In this document: positions 29,644-38,692 of the stretch, in pieces
Numbering within the stretch: the first letter of the stretch is position 1
How the letters are laid out: the number at the start of each line of letters is the position of its first letter
Source: Gammaproteobacteria bacterium
GTDB taxonomy: Bacteria > Pseudomonadota > Gammaproteobacteria > UBA4575
DNA: 64,000 bases
NCBI GenBank assembly: GCA_041576975.1
Contig: JBFGJY010000002.1
Coordinates: 32,187-96,186 of the forward strand
Reading direction: 5' to 3'
Position numbers and translations under genes: made by a program
The notes under the pieces: generated by a model
The model's database searches: none
Told to the model about the DNA's origin: nothing
What the model saw: only the letters and a program-made list of their open reading frames with translations

Positions 29644-30255
29644 ATGCTACTTAAGTTCATTAACAATTCGATTAAAAAATACTTTGATAGTGATCCTGAA
29701 GTTTCTGCCCAGCTTCATGAGCTAGAAGGCCAACAATTATTGCTTGAAGTAACTGATCTAAAAAAAGAATTTCTTATTACTCCAGTAAACTCCTCAATCA
29801 TCGTAACGAATTATCAAGATGATGAAGCTGTAAAAGAGGTCGCCACAACTATTCATGCCAATGTAATTACACTGTTACGTTTAGCAATAGGCGCGGATTA
29901 TCAATCCATGTTGAATAATGACACATTAAAAATTGATGGCGATGTGGAATTAGCAAATCGGTTGCGCACAATTTTTATGAAGGTTGATATTGATTGGGAA
30001 GAAGTGGCTTCTAAATATGTTGGTGATGCGCTAGCGTATAAATTAGGTGTACTTGCGCGACGCACAAAAAGCTATAAGCAACGATCCATTGAAAATTTTC
30101 GTTTAGATGTAAGGGAGTACATGCAAGAAGAATCTCGTATTGTTCCCACAAGAATAGAAATCGAACGATTTCTAAATGATGTAGATGCGCTTGATGCAGA
30201 TATTGATCGTCTTGAAGCACGTCTGCGCCGCCTTGCCCAGGCGTGTAGCCAGTAA
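29644..30255 (+). CDS. ubiJ: Ubiquinone biosynthesis accessory factor UbiJ (SCP2 domain)
   Basis: 203 aa, between ubiE and ubiB. Confidence 0.7.
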   Translation: MLLKFINNSIKKYFDSDPEVSAQLHELEGQQLLLEVTDLKKEFLITPVNSSIIVTNYQDDEAVKEVATTIHANVITLLRLAIGADYQSMLNNDTLKIDGDVELANRLRTIFMKVDIDWEEVASKYVGDALAYKLGVLARRTKSYKQRSIENFRLDVREYMQEESRIVPTRIEIERFLNDVDALDADIDRLEARLRRLAQACSQ

Positions 30256-30261
30256 AAAGCT

Positions 30262-31824
30262 ATGCGCTATATACGGTTATTCTTTCGAATCTTACACATT
30301 AATGTCGTATTGGTTCGGCATGGTTTAGAAGAGGTGCTGTTGGCAGTACCTCTGTTTCGTCCCATCCGCTTTTTACTTTTTTTGTTGCCCTGGCACTGGT
30401 TTCGTAAAGTTGAGATCTCCCATGGTGCTCGCATACGTCGTGCCCTAGAAGACTTGGGGCCAATCTTCGTAAAGTTTGGTCAAGCTTTGTCCACGCGCCG
30501 CGATTTACTCTCTGAAGATATCGCGAATGAACTCGCCAAGCTACAAGATCAGGTGCCACCGTTTTCTGGTGAAGTGGCAAGAGAAATAGTAGAAAAAGCA
30601 CTTAAAGAACCTGTGCAAAAAACGTTTGCCGGTTTTAGTATAGAGCCTTTGGCATCAGCTTCGATAGCTCAAGTGCATGCTGCGAAACTTCATAATGGTA
30701 AGGAGGTGGTAGTTAAGGTCTTGCGTCCTGGAATCGAAAGGCAGGTGCGTAGAGATTTAGAGCTGATGCATGCACTTGCATCTATTGCGCATCGTTATTG
30801 GGAAGATGGGCGCAGGCTTCGACCCAAAGAAGTGGTACAAGAATACGAGCAAATTGTCATGGATGAATTGGATTTAATGCGCGAAGCAGCAAATGCTAGT
30901 CAGTTGCGCAGAAATTTTGAAAATTCTTCTGATCTCTATGTGCCAGAGGTTTATTTTGACTTATGCCGGCGTAATGTAATGGTACTTGAACGTATTCGAG
31001 GTATTCCAGTTAATGATATTGAAGCATTGCGTAAACATGGAATAAACCTTAAAAAATTATCAGATCGTGGTAGTCATATCTTTTTTACTCAAGTTTTTAG
31101 ACACAATTTTTTTCATGCAGATATGCATCCCGGCAACATTTTTGTTTCATATGAAAATCCAGAAGATCCAAAATATGTAGGTGTTGATTTTGGCATCATG
31201 GGCACTTTGTCACCATCGGATCAGCGCTATTTAGCAGAAAATCTTCTGGCTTTTTTAAATCGTGATTACCGTAGGGTCGCGGAACTGCATTTAGAATCAG
31301 GGTGGGTGCCATCGGATACACGTGTAGATCAATTTGAATCTGCTATTCGCACCGTATCTGAACCAATTTTCCAACGACCTTTAAGTGAAATTTCATTTGG
31401 AAATTTATTAGTGCGACTGTTTCAAACGGCACGACGTTTTAATATGGAAGTACAACCTCAATTAGTACTGCTACAAAAGACGCTCTTAAATATTGAGGGT
31501 TTGGGTAGACAATTAGATCCCGATCTGGATCTCTGGAAAACGGCTAAACCATTTCTTGATCGTTGGATGAGTGAGCAAGTGGGTGTTCGTGCACTGGCAG
31601 CAGGAATACGCAAACAGTTACCACGGATGGCAGAGCGATTACCCGAAATACCAGACTTGGTTTATTCAACCATGAAAAAGTTTGAACAAGGACAAGCAGA
31701 GCTAGAATGGCATAGTCAAGAGTTGGAATCTATTCGAAAAGAAATAAAAAAATCCAACCAAAATTTAATAGCGTTTTTGATCATTGTTCTTGTCACCCTG
31801 TTATTTGGTATGTGGTATTTCTGA
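30262..31824 (+). CDS. ubiB: Ubiquinone biosynthesis protein kinase-like UbiB
   Basis: 520 aa ABC1/ADCK atypical kinase-like protein with C-terminal TM helices. Confidence 0.9.
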   Translation: MRYIRLFFRILHINVVLVRHGLEEVLLAVPLFRPIRFLLFLLPWHWFRKVEISHGARIRRALEDLGPIFVKFGQALSTRRDLLSEDIANELAKLQDQVPPFSGEVAREIVEKALKEPVQKTFAGFSIEPLASASIAQVHAAKLHNGKEVVVKVLRPGIERQVRRDLELMHALASIAHRYWEDGRRLRPKEVVQEYEQIVMDELDLMREAANASQLRRNFENSSDLYVPEVYFDLCRRNVMVLERIRGIPVNDIEALRKHGINLKKLSDRGSHIFFTQVFRHNFFHADMHPGNIFVSYENPEDPKYVGVDFGIMGTLSPSDQRYLAENLLAFLNRDYRRVAELHLESGWVPSDTRVDQFESAIRTVSEPIFQRPLSEISFGNLLVRLFQTARRFNMEVQPQLVLLQKTLLNIEGLGRQLDPDLDLWKTAKPFLDRWMSEQVGVRALAAGIRKQLPRMAERLPEIPDLVYSTMKKFEQGQAELEWHSQELESIRKEIKKSNQNLIAFLIIVLVTLLFGMWYF

Positions 31825-31862
31825 TTTTTTCCCCAAGTGTTTCTAAAATTAATAATTGAAGT

Positions 31863-34031
31863 ATGGATGTCTCACCAATCTTAGACCCGTTAAATGAAGC
31901 TCAGCGTGAAGCTGTAACTTCTGAAATGTTGCCTGCATTGGTTATTGCTGGTGCTGGAAGCGGAAAGACGCGTGTACTAGTACATCGCATTGCTTGGTTG
32001 TGTGAAGTTGAATCTGTCTCACCATTTAGCATTCTTGCAGTTACTTTTACCAACAAAGCTGCCGCTGAGATGCGTGCACGTGTAGAAAGCTTATTGAAAT
32101 ATAGGCTTGGTGGTATGTGGGTAGGTACCTTTCATGGTATTTCACATCGGCTATTAAGATCACATTGGCAAGAGGCAGGCCTAAAGCAAAGCTTTCAAAT
32201 TCTCGATAGCGACGATCAGTTGCGCTTGGTGAAACGTGTGGTTCTTGGATTGGGTTTAGATGATTCTAGGTGGCCACCTAAGCATGCACGTTGGTACATT
32301 AACAATCGTAAAGAAGAGGGGCTGCGCCCGCAACATTTGCAGGATCATGGCGACACCACAGAGCGTCAGCTCATTCGTATTTACAGTACATACCAAGAGG
32401 CTTGTGAACAAACTGGTTTAGTAGATTTCGCTGAACTGTTATTGCGCAGTTTAGAGCTGTTACAGCAACAGCATGAAATTCTTGTTCACTATCAAGCCAA
32501 GTTTCGTCACATATTAGTGGATGAATTTCAAGACACCAATTCAATTCAATATCAATGGTTAAAAACTTTTGCAGGTGAAAAAAATCCTATCTTTGCTGTT
32601 GGAGATGATGATCAATCAATTTATGGATGGCGTGGTGCGCGCATAGAGAATATTCACAGTTTTGAAAATGATTATAAACAGACTCAAGTATATAGATTAG
32701 AGCAAAACTATCGCTCCACTAATAATATTTTGTCGGCTGCAAATTCATTAATAAACAATAATCAAAGTAGAATGGGGAAGAAGCTATGGACGGATGGTGA
32801 TGATGGCGAACCAATATACTTATATGCCTCATTTAATGAACAAGATGAGGCGCGTTTTGTTACAGATAAAATCAAACACTGGGTCGAAACCTGTAATGGT
32901 CGTCGTGATGAAGTCGCCATACTTTATCGATCTAATGCACAATCACGTATTTTTGAGGAAGTATTTATTTCCCAAAGTATTCCGTATCGCGTGTATGGGG
33001 GTTTGCGATTCTTCGAACGCGCAGAAATTAAAGATGCCTTAGCTTATTTGCGTTTAGCTAAGAATTCAGCTGATGATCCATCATTTGAGCGCATTGTAAA
33101 TGTGCCCCCGCGTGGTATTGGTCAACGCACGGTTGCCAAAGTGCGTGATTTTGCTAAGCAACATCAACTCACACTTTGGCAAGCAACTGAAAAAATACTT
33201 CAATCTAGCTTACTAGCTGCACGTGCGGCAAATGCACTGCAGGATTATTTACGTCTTATGCATAAACTTGGTAAAGATATAGAAGGCTTAGAGTTAGCAG
33301 AACAGGTCGAACACATCATTCAAGCATCAGGGTTAGTTAAGCACCATGGTCGTGAAGGCAGTGAGAAATCAAAATCACGAGTAGAAAACTTAGAAGAACT
33401 TGTGGTGGCAGCGAGAGGGTTTCACATGGATAACGAGTTATATGAAGGTATGCAACCACTCGAGGCCTTTTTGACTCATGCCGCTTTAGAGGCTGGTGAA
33501 GGTCAGGGTGCACAATGGGATGATTGTGTACAGCTTATGACTTTGCATGCAGCCAAAGGGTTAGAGTTTCCATTAGTATTTATCGTAGGTTTGGAAGAAG
33601 GGCTTTTCCCTTCTAGTATGTCTATGGAAGAGCCCGGGCGATTAGAGGAAGAGCGCCGTCTATGTTACGTTGGCATCACGCGTGCACGCCAACAATTAGT
33701 ACTCACTTATGCAGAATCAAGGCGCCAATACGGGTCGGATAGTTATAACCCTCCCTCACGATTTATTAGTGAAATACCGGTTGAATTAATAGCGGAGATA
33801 CGACCTCGTGCCATGATTACTCAACCCGTGCGCACGTTTTCGCAGAGCAATAGCTTAGAAGAAAACACGGGAATTAAAATTGGTGCACGTGTTACACATA
33901 TGAAATTTGGTGAGGGTGTGATATTAGATTGCGAAGGTAAAGGCAGTAGTGCACGTGTGCAAGTCCATTTTGAAGAGGTAGGAAGTAAGTGGCTCGTTTT
34001 GGCATATGCTAACTTAGATATACTGGCTTAA
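31863..34031 (+). CDS. uvrD: DNA helicase II (UvrD-type superfamily 1 helicase)
   Basis: 722 aa. Walker A AGAGSGKTRVL, DEFQDTN and a C-terminal Tudor-like tail. Confidence 0.85.
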   Translation: MDVSPILDPLNEAQREAVTSEMLPALVIAGAGSGKTRVLVHRIAWLCEVESVSPFSILAVTFTNKAAAEMRARVESLLKYRLGGMWVGTFHGISHRLLRSHWQEAGLKQSFQILDSDDQLRLVKRVVLGLGLDDSRWPPKHARWYINNRKEEGLRPQHLQDHGDTTERQLIRIYSTYQEACEQTGLVDFAELLLRSLELLQQQHEILVHYQAKFRHILVDEFQDTNSIQYQWLKTFAGEKNPIFAVGDDDQSIYGWRGARIENIHSFENDYKQTQVYRLEQNYRSTNNILSAANSLINNNQSRMGKKLWTDGDDGEPIYLYASFNEQDEARFVTDKIKHWVETCNGRRDEVAILYRSNAQSRIFEEVFISQSIPYRVYGGLRFFERAEIKDALAYLRLAKNSADDPSFERIVNVPPRGIGQRTVAKVRDFAKQHQLTLWQATEKILQSSLLAARAANALQDYLRLMHKLGKDIEGLELAEQVEHIIQASGLVKHHGREGSEKSKSRVENLEELVVAARGFHMDNELYEGMQPLEAFLTHAALEAGEGQGAQWDDCVQLMTLHAAKGLEFPLVFIVGLEEGLFPSSMSMEEPGRLEEERRLCYVGITRARQQLVLTYAESRRQYGSDSYNPPSRFISEIPVELIAEIRPRAMITQPVRTFSQSNSLEENTGIKIGARVTHMKFGEGVILDCEGKGSSARVQVHFEEVGSKWLVLAYANLDILA

Positions 34032-34092
34032 AAGACTAACAAGTAATTTTATAAATAACCCCTAACAAAGCTATGAATCGGTCAAAGTAATT

Positions 34093-35202
34093 ATGCAAAG
34101 AAGAAAGTTTTTACAGTATGCAGGGATAAGTGCAGCACTTGGTAGTGGTTTGTCAAATTGTAAGGGTGATAGTGAATCTGAATCGACACAATCCACCCCT
34201 GCTGCAACTAAAACATGGGAGTGGAAAATGGTCACTACTTGGCCGAAGAATTTTCCAGGCTTGGGAACTAGCGCGGAGTTTTTGGCAGATTTGATCAATA
34301 GCATGTCGAACGGACGAATCAAGGTAAAAGTATTTGGTGCCGGCGAACTCGTGCCTGCCTTTGAAATTTTTGATGCAGTAGTAAATGGTTCTGCACAAAT
34401 GGGCCATGGTTCGGCGTATTACTGGAAAGGAAAATACCCAGCCTTACAATTTTTCTCTACCACTCCATTTGGTATGACTGCGATGGAAATGAATAGTTGG
34501 ATATATCACGGTGGTGGCATCGAGTTGTGGCAAGAGGCCTATGGTCAATTTGGTTTAGTGCCAACGGCTGCCGGAAATACCGGCGTACAAATGGCAGGTT
34601 GGTTTAATAAGGAGATAAATACTTTAGAAGATTTAAAAGGGCTTAAAATGCGTATCCCTGGATTGGGTGGCGAAGTATTAAAGCGTGCGGGGGGAACACC
34701 CGTAAATTTACCAGGTGGTGAATTGTTTACTTCTTTGCAATCAGGAGCAATTGATGCTACTGAATGGGTGGGGCCTTATAATGATCTTGCCTTTGGTTTT
34801 CATAAGATCGCAAAATACTATTACTACCCAGGTTGGCATGAACCGGGTACGACATTGGAATGTTTTATTAATAGATCTGCCTTTGAGGAACTACCGAAAG
34901 AATTACAAAGTATTGTAATTAATGCCTGTCGGGTTGCGAATCAAGATATGCTTACTGAATACATTGCGCGTAATAAAGATGCTCTGGATACTCTGGTTAA
35001 TGAGCATAAGGTCGAGTTACGTGAACTCCCTGCAGAGGTGATCAAAAAGCTCGCCCAATTATCCGAAGAAGTCACGGCTGAATTGGGATATGCAGACCCG
35101 CTAACACGCAAAATATATGATTCTTATACCAATTTTTACAAAAAATCTCGTGCCTGGCTGGATATTTCTGAACGTGCATACTTGAACTTACGCATGGGAT
35201 AG
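34093..35202 (+). CDS. dctP: TRAP transporter substrate-binding protein (DctP family) with twin-arginine signal
   Basis: 369 aa. N-terminal RRKFLQ Tat-type motif and a DctP-type SBP fold. Confidence 0.8.
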   Translation: MQRRKFLQYAGISAALGSGLSNCKGDSESESTQSTPAATKTWEWKMVTTWPKNFPGLGTSAEFLADLINSMSNGRIKVKVFGAGELVPAFEIFDAVVNGSAQMGHGSAYYWKGKYPALQFFSTTPFGMTAMEMNSWIYHGGGIELWQEAYGQFGLVPTAAGNTGVQMAGWFNKEINTLEDLKGLKMRIPGLGGEVLKRAGGTPVNLPGGELFTSLQSGAIDATEWVGPYNDLAFGFHKIAKYYYYPGWHEPGTTLECFINRSAFEELPKELQSIVINACRVANQDMLTEYIARNKDALDTLVNEHKVELRELPAEVIKKLAQLSEEVTAELGYADPLTRKIYDSYTNFYKKSRAWLDISERAYLNLRMG

Positions 35203-35266
35203 AATACAACACCATATCAATCCGAGATAAATACCATAATAATAATCCAGGAAAGGAGGCAGTGTA

Positions 35267-35506
35267 GTGGAAGAACTCTTTGTTAAATGGCGCACCATGT
35301 GGGATGCTAAAGAATATACCACCCAGTTATTTTTTCTATTTAATTTAATTTTCGCGTTTTATATCACATGGCTTCCGTTTCGCGCATCTGGTAAAGACAT
35401 AACTGCGTTCAATCGAGGGATCATGATTGTATTTGGTATCGGTTATGCCCTTCTAACGATTGTTGCATATTTACAACTCGTTCCAACTTACTCTCCATAC
35501 GGATAA
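35267..35506 (+). CDS. Small 2-TM membrane protein (79 aa)
   Basis: GTG start 7 nt after a strong AGGAGG ribosome-binding site. Hydrophobic. Confidence 0.45.
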   Translation: MEELFVKWRTMWDAKEYTTQLFFLFNLIFAFYITWLPFRASGKDITAFNRGIMIVFGIGYALLTIVAYLQLVPTYSPYG

Positions 35507-35551
35507 GTTTAAGGCGCACAACCTCAATTTATAAGAAAACATTTTTATAAA

Positions 35552-35586
35552 GCAAAGCGGTATTAAACACCGCTTTGTTTATTTGT
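35552..35586. terminator. Rho-independent terminator between the small ORF and the dctM 3' end
   Basis: aaagcggt-attaaac-accgcttt hairpin (8-bp stem) followed by gtttattt. Confidence 0.6.
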
Positions 35587-35592
35587 CTATTA

Positions 35593-37014
35593 TTATGAGT
35601 AAATGATATCTGGAAGCCAGGTTGCCAATTCTGGAAAGTATGCGATTAATAGTAATGCAAAAACCTGTATTGCAATAAAGGGAGCAACACCACGATAGAT
35701 TTGTTTGGTTTGAATTTCCTGTGGCGCGACTCCACGTAGATAAAATAAGGCAAATCCAAAAGGTGGAGTTAAAAAGGAAGTTTGTAAATTGATTGCAATC
35801 ATTACACCAAGCCAAATTGGATCAACACCCAGACTTAATAATACTGGTCCTACAATAGGCACCACTACAAAGGTAATTTCAATAAAATCTAGAATAAACC
35901 CAAGTAAAAACATCAATAGCATTACAATTGAGATTGCAGCAACTGCGCCGCCTGGTAGTTGAGTCAGAAGTGCATGCACAGCAGCATCGCCTTCATAACC
36001 ACGAAACACCAAAGAGAAGATCGAGGCTCCAATAAAAATCATAAATACCATACAGGTAACACGTACTGATCTTTGCATTACTTCCCGCAAGCACTTGAGA
36101 TCAAGTCGACGATTAAGTAAGGCTAATAAAACTGCGCCGACTGCACCTACCGATGCTGCTTCAGTGGGAGTGGCGATGCCTTTAATGATAGATCCAAGAA
36201 CCGCGACAATAAGTACAATGGGTGGTACCAATGCACGTAGTATACGTTTGACCCATGCAGATATATCAATGTCAGCATGCTTATTCATAACAGGCATGGC
36301 CTCGGGTTTAGTCCATGCTATAAACACTAAATACATTAAATATAGAACTACCAACAACAAACCAGGAATAATTGCACCAACAAACAAATCACCTACTGAA
36401 ACTGTATCGGGTGAAAAAATGCCTTGACTGAGTTGTGCCTGTTGATAGGCAGATGACAGCACATCACCTAGCAACACCAATATGATTGACGGTGGAATGA
36501 TTTGGCCAAGTGTTCCAGAAGCACAAATCACCCCAGTAGAGATTTCCGCTTGATAGCCTTTTTTAAGCATTGTTGGTAGTGATAGCAAGCCCATGGTTAC
36601 TACCGTGGCACCTACAATACCTGTGCTGGCAGCAAGTAGCATGCCCACTAATACTACTGAAATTCCTAAACCGCCGTGCAAAGAACCGAATAAAGAGGCC
36701 ATCGTATCGAGTAACTCGTCAGCGATTTTTGAGCGCTCTAACATAACACCCATAAACACAAATAGAGGAACTGCAATCAGTGTTTCATTTGTCATAATGC
36801 CAAACAAACGACTGGGGAAGGCTTGTAATATGGCGGGATCAAACACACCTGTAGCTATTCCCGCTACAGCAAAAAGCAGTGAAACGCCAGCAAGAGTAAA
36901 TGCTACTGGGTAACCGAACAGCAATACAAAAATCACTGCAAGAAATAATAAAAACGCAATGATCGCCATAATTGTTATTCTGTTACTTACGCCATGATAA
37001 CCATGCATGTCCAC
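35593..37014 (-). CDS. dctM: TRAP transporter large permease DctM
   Basis: 473 aa, about 12 TM, DctM family. An alternative start at 36969 (MAIIAFLL) would remove the overlap with dctQ. Confidence 0.85.
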   Translation of the reverse strand: MDMHGYHGVSNRITIMAIIAFLLFLAVIFVLLFGYPVAFTLAGVSLLFAVAGIATGVFDPAILQAFPSRLFGIMTNETLIAVPLFVFMGVMLERSKIADELLDTMASLFGSLHGGLGISVVLVGMLLAASTGIVGATVVTMGLLSLPTMLKKGYQAEISTGVICASGTLGQIIPPSIILVLLGDVLSSAYQQAQLSQGIFSPDTVSVGDLFVGAIIPGLLLVVLYLMYLVFIAWTKPEAMPVMNKHADIDISAWVKRILRALVPPIVLIVAVLGSIIKGIATPTEAASVGAVGAVLLALLNRRLDLKCLREVMQRSVRVTCMVFMIFIGASIFSLVFRGYEGDAAVHALLTQLPGGAVAAISIVMLLMFLLGFILDFIEITFVVVPIVGPVLLSLGVDPIWLGVMIAINLQTSFLTPPFGFALFYLRGVAPQEIQTKQIYRGVAPFIAIQVFALLLIAYFPELATWLPDIIYS

Positions 37015-37489
37015 ATAGCGATAGGGCTTGCAGGAATAAAAGTATCGCCATGGCTGGCATAAGGGTTTTTAAGATATAAACGAGCGGTAAGCCGCCTGCT
37101 TCACGAGACTTTTCTAATAATCCCCAGGAATCCATTACGTAATCGAAACTGATCCATGCAATGAATCCTGCAAAAGGTAATAACAAAAATACACTACCAA
37201 AGAAATCAATTTTAGCTTTGTTCTGTAATGACATATCCTGGTAAAAGATATCAACGCGTACATGTTCATTATGTTTTAATGTATATGCACCTGCGATCAT
37301 AAACACAAAAGCATGTAAATAAGTAATCGATTCCTGTAAAGCAATGCGACCAAAATCGAAACCGTAACGCATGACCACAACTAAAAACGTTATTCCAACC
37401 ATAGCCAGCACAAGCCAAGCTGTAAATTGGCCGATACGCTCATTTATTGTATCGATGCCAGTGCATAATTTTTCTATATTAATTTTCAA
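36983..37489 (-). CDS. dctQ: TRAP transporter small permease DctQ
   Basis: 168 aa, 4 TM, DctQ family, upstream of dctM. Confidence 0.8.
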   Translation of the reverse strand: MKINIEKLCTGIDTINERIGQFTAWLVLAMVGITFLVVVMRYGFDFGRIALQESITYLHAFVFMIAGAYTLKHNEHVRVDIFYQDMSLQNKAKIDFFGSVFLLLPFAGFIAWISFDYVMDSWGLLEKSREAGGLPLVYILKTLMPAMAILLFLQALSLCGHAWLSWRK

Positions 37490-37509
37490 GTATTATTTTT
37501 GTGTTAATT

Positions 37510-38451
37510 TTAATGATCTAGGCTTGGTGTATTATTGATACGTGACTGCAAAATATTTTTAAATACATCAGGGTCTTTGATGTGAGTAATTTCTCCATCT
37601 TTTGGAAAGATTAGGTCTTGTAGGCGCGACAACCAAAATCTAAGTGCCGCTGCACGCAACATATATTCCCAGCTATTGAATTCTTGTTGCTGAAATTCGC
37701 GCTTTGTTCGGTAAGCATCAATAAGTACGTTATATAATTCAATATTTAGATCACCATTTTCGAGACTACACCAATCATTTACAGTTACTGCTAAGTCATA
37801 TAGTAGGTAATCGTTGCAGGCATAGTAAAAGTCGATAATGCCGGTGAGTGCATGGCCTTTAAACATTACATTGTCACGAAATAAATCAGCATGGATTACA
37901 CCATGAGGCAAATTCGAGGGTAATAGTTGCTTACGGTGATTTATTTCATGTTTGAGTAATTGTTGGTCACCTTTTGATAGTTGGTCCAGGACACGACCTG
38001 CAGTCTGTTCTGACCAAGCAATACCACGTGGGTTAGCTTGTACGCCATTAAATGATTCTCCAACAACATGCATCTGCGCTAAAGTATGCCCCACAGCAGC
38101 ACAATGGGTGGTGGTTGGAGTAAGCACATTATGCCCCTCTAAACGTCGTACTATTGCAGCGGGCTTATCTTTTAACATGCGAACATAGTCGCCGTGCAAG
38201 TCGGCTATTGGATGCGCTGTTGGCATGCCATGGTCTGACAAGTGTGCCATTAAGGTTAAATAATAGGGGAGTGCGTCAAATCCAAGCTCTTCGAAAATGG
38301 TTAACACAAATTCACCATTTTCAGTTGTCACAAAATAATTTGTGTTTTCAATACCCGCATTGATTCCTTCATAGCTTAATAAAGCACCTAAAGAATATTG
38401 CTTGAGAAAAACTTCAAGCTCTTGTTTCTCGATGTTTGTATAGACAGACAT
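37510..38451 (-). CDS. thrB: Homoserine kinase type II (ThrB, APH-fold)
   Basis: 313 aa. Phosphotransferase-fold motifs (HADLFRDNVMF) and the Pseudomonas-type thrB-polA linkage. Confidence 0.75.
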   Translation of the reverse strand: MSVYTNIEKQELEVFLKQYSLGALLSYEGINAGIENTNYFVTTENGEFVLTIFEELGFDALPYYLTLMAHLSDHGMPTAHPIADLHGDYVRMLKDKPAAIVRRLEGHNVLTPTTTHCAAVGHTLAQMHVVGESFNGVQANPRGIAWSEQTAGRVLDQLSKGDQQLLKHEINHRKQLLPSNLPHGVIHADLFRDNVMFKGHALTGIIDFYYACNDYLLYDLAVTVNDWCSLENGDLNIELYNVLIDAYRTKREFQQQEFNSWEYMLRAAALRFWLSRLQDLIFPKDGEITHIKDPDVFKNILQSRINNTPSLDH

Positions 38452-38692
38452 ATTGCGTGATTATTGTTCTTGTTATTTCTGTCGTAGTACTAAAAAGTTT
38501 AAAATCTCGGAATTAGCTATAATTAAATTTCGCATGCATGACTTATTAGTCCCATCATGAAATTAAGTGAATAATTGAGATACCTGATCTAAGGTGTGGG
38601 AGTTCTCTACTACAATCCATGATAAAAATAGGTGTAATGATAACGTTCTACCCTAGCAACCACTAGTAATAGCTCCAAGTTGATTAAGCGTC

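Noticed and set aside
31825-31862. LexA/SOS box (CTGT-N8-ACAG) upstream of uvrD, and likewise upstream of recG and polA
   Set aside because: No match to the gammaproteobacterial SOS box was seen in these upstream regions.
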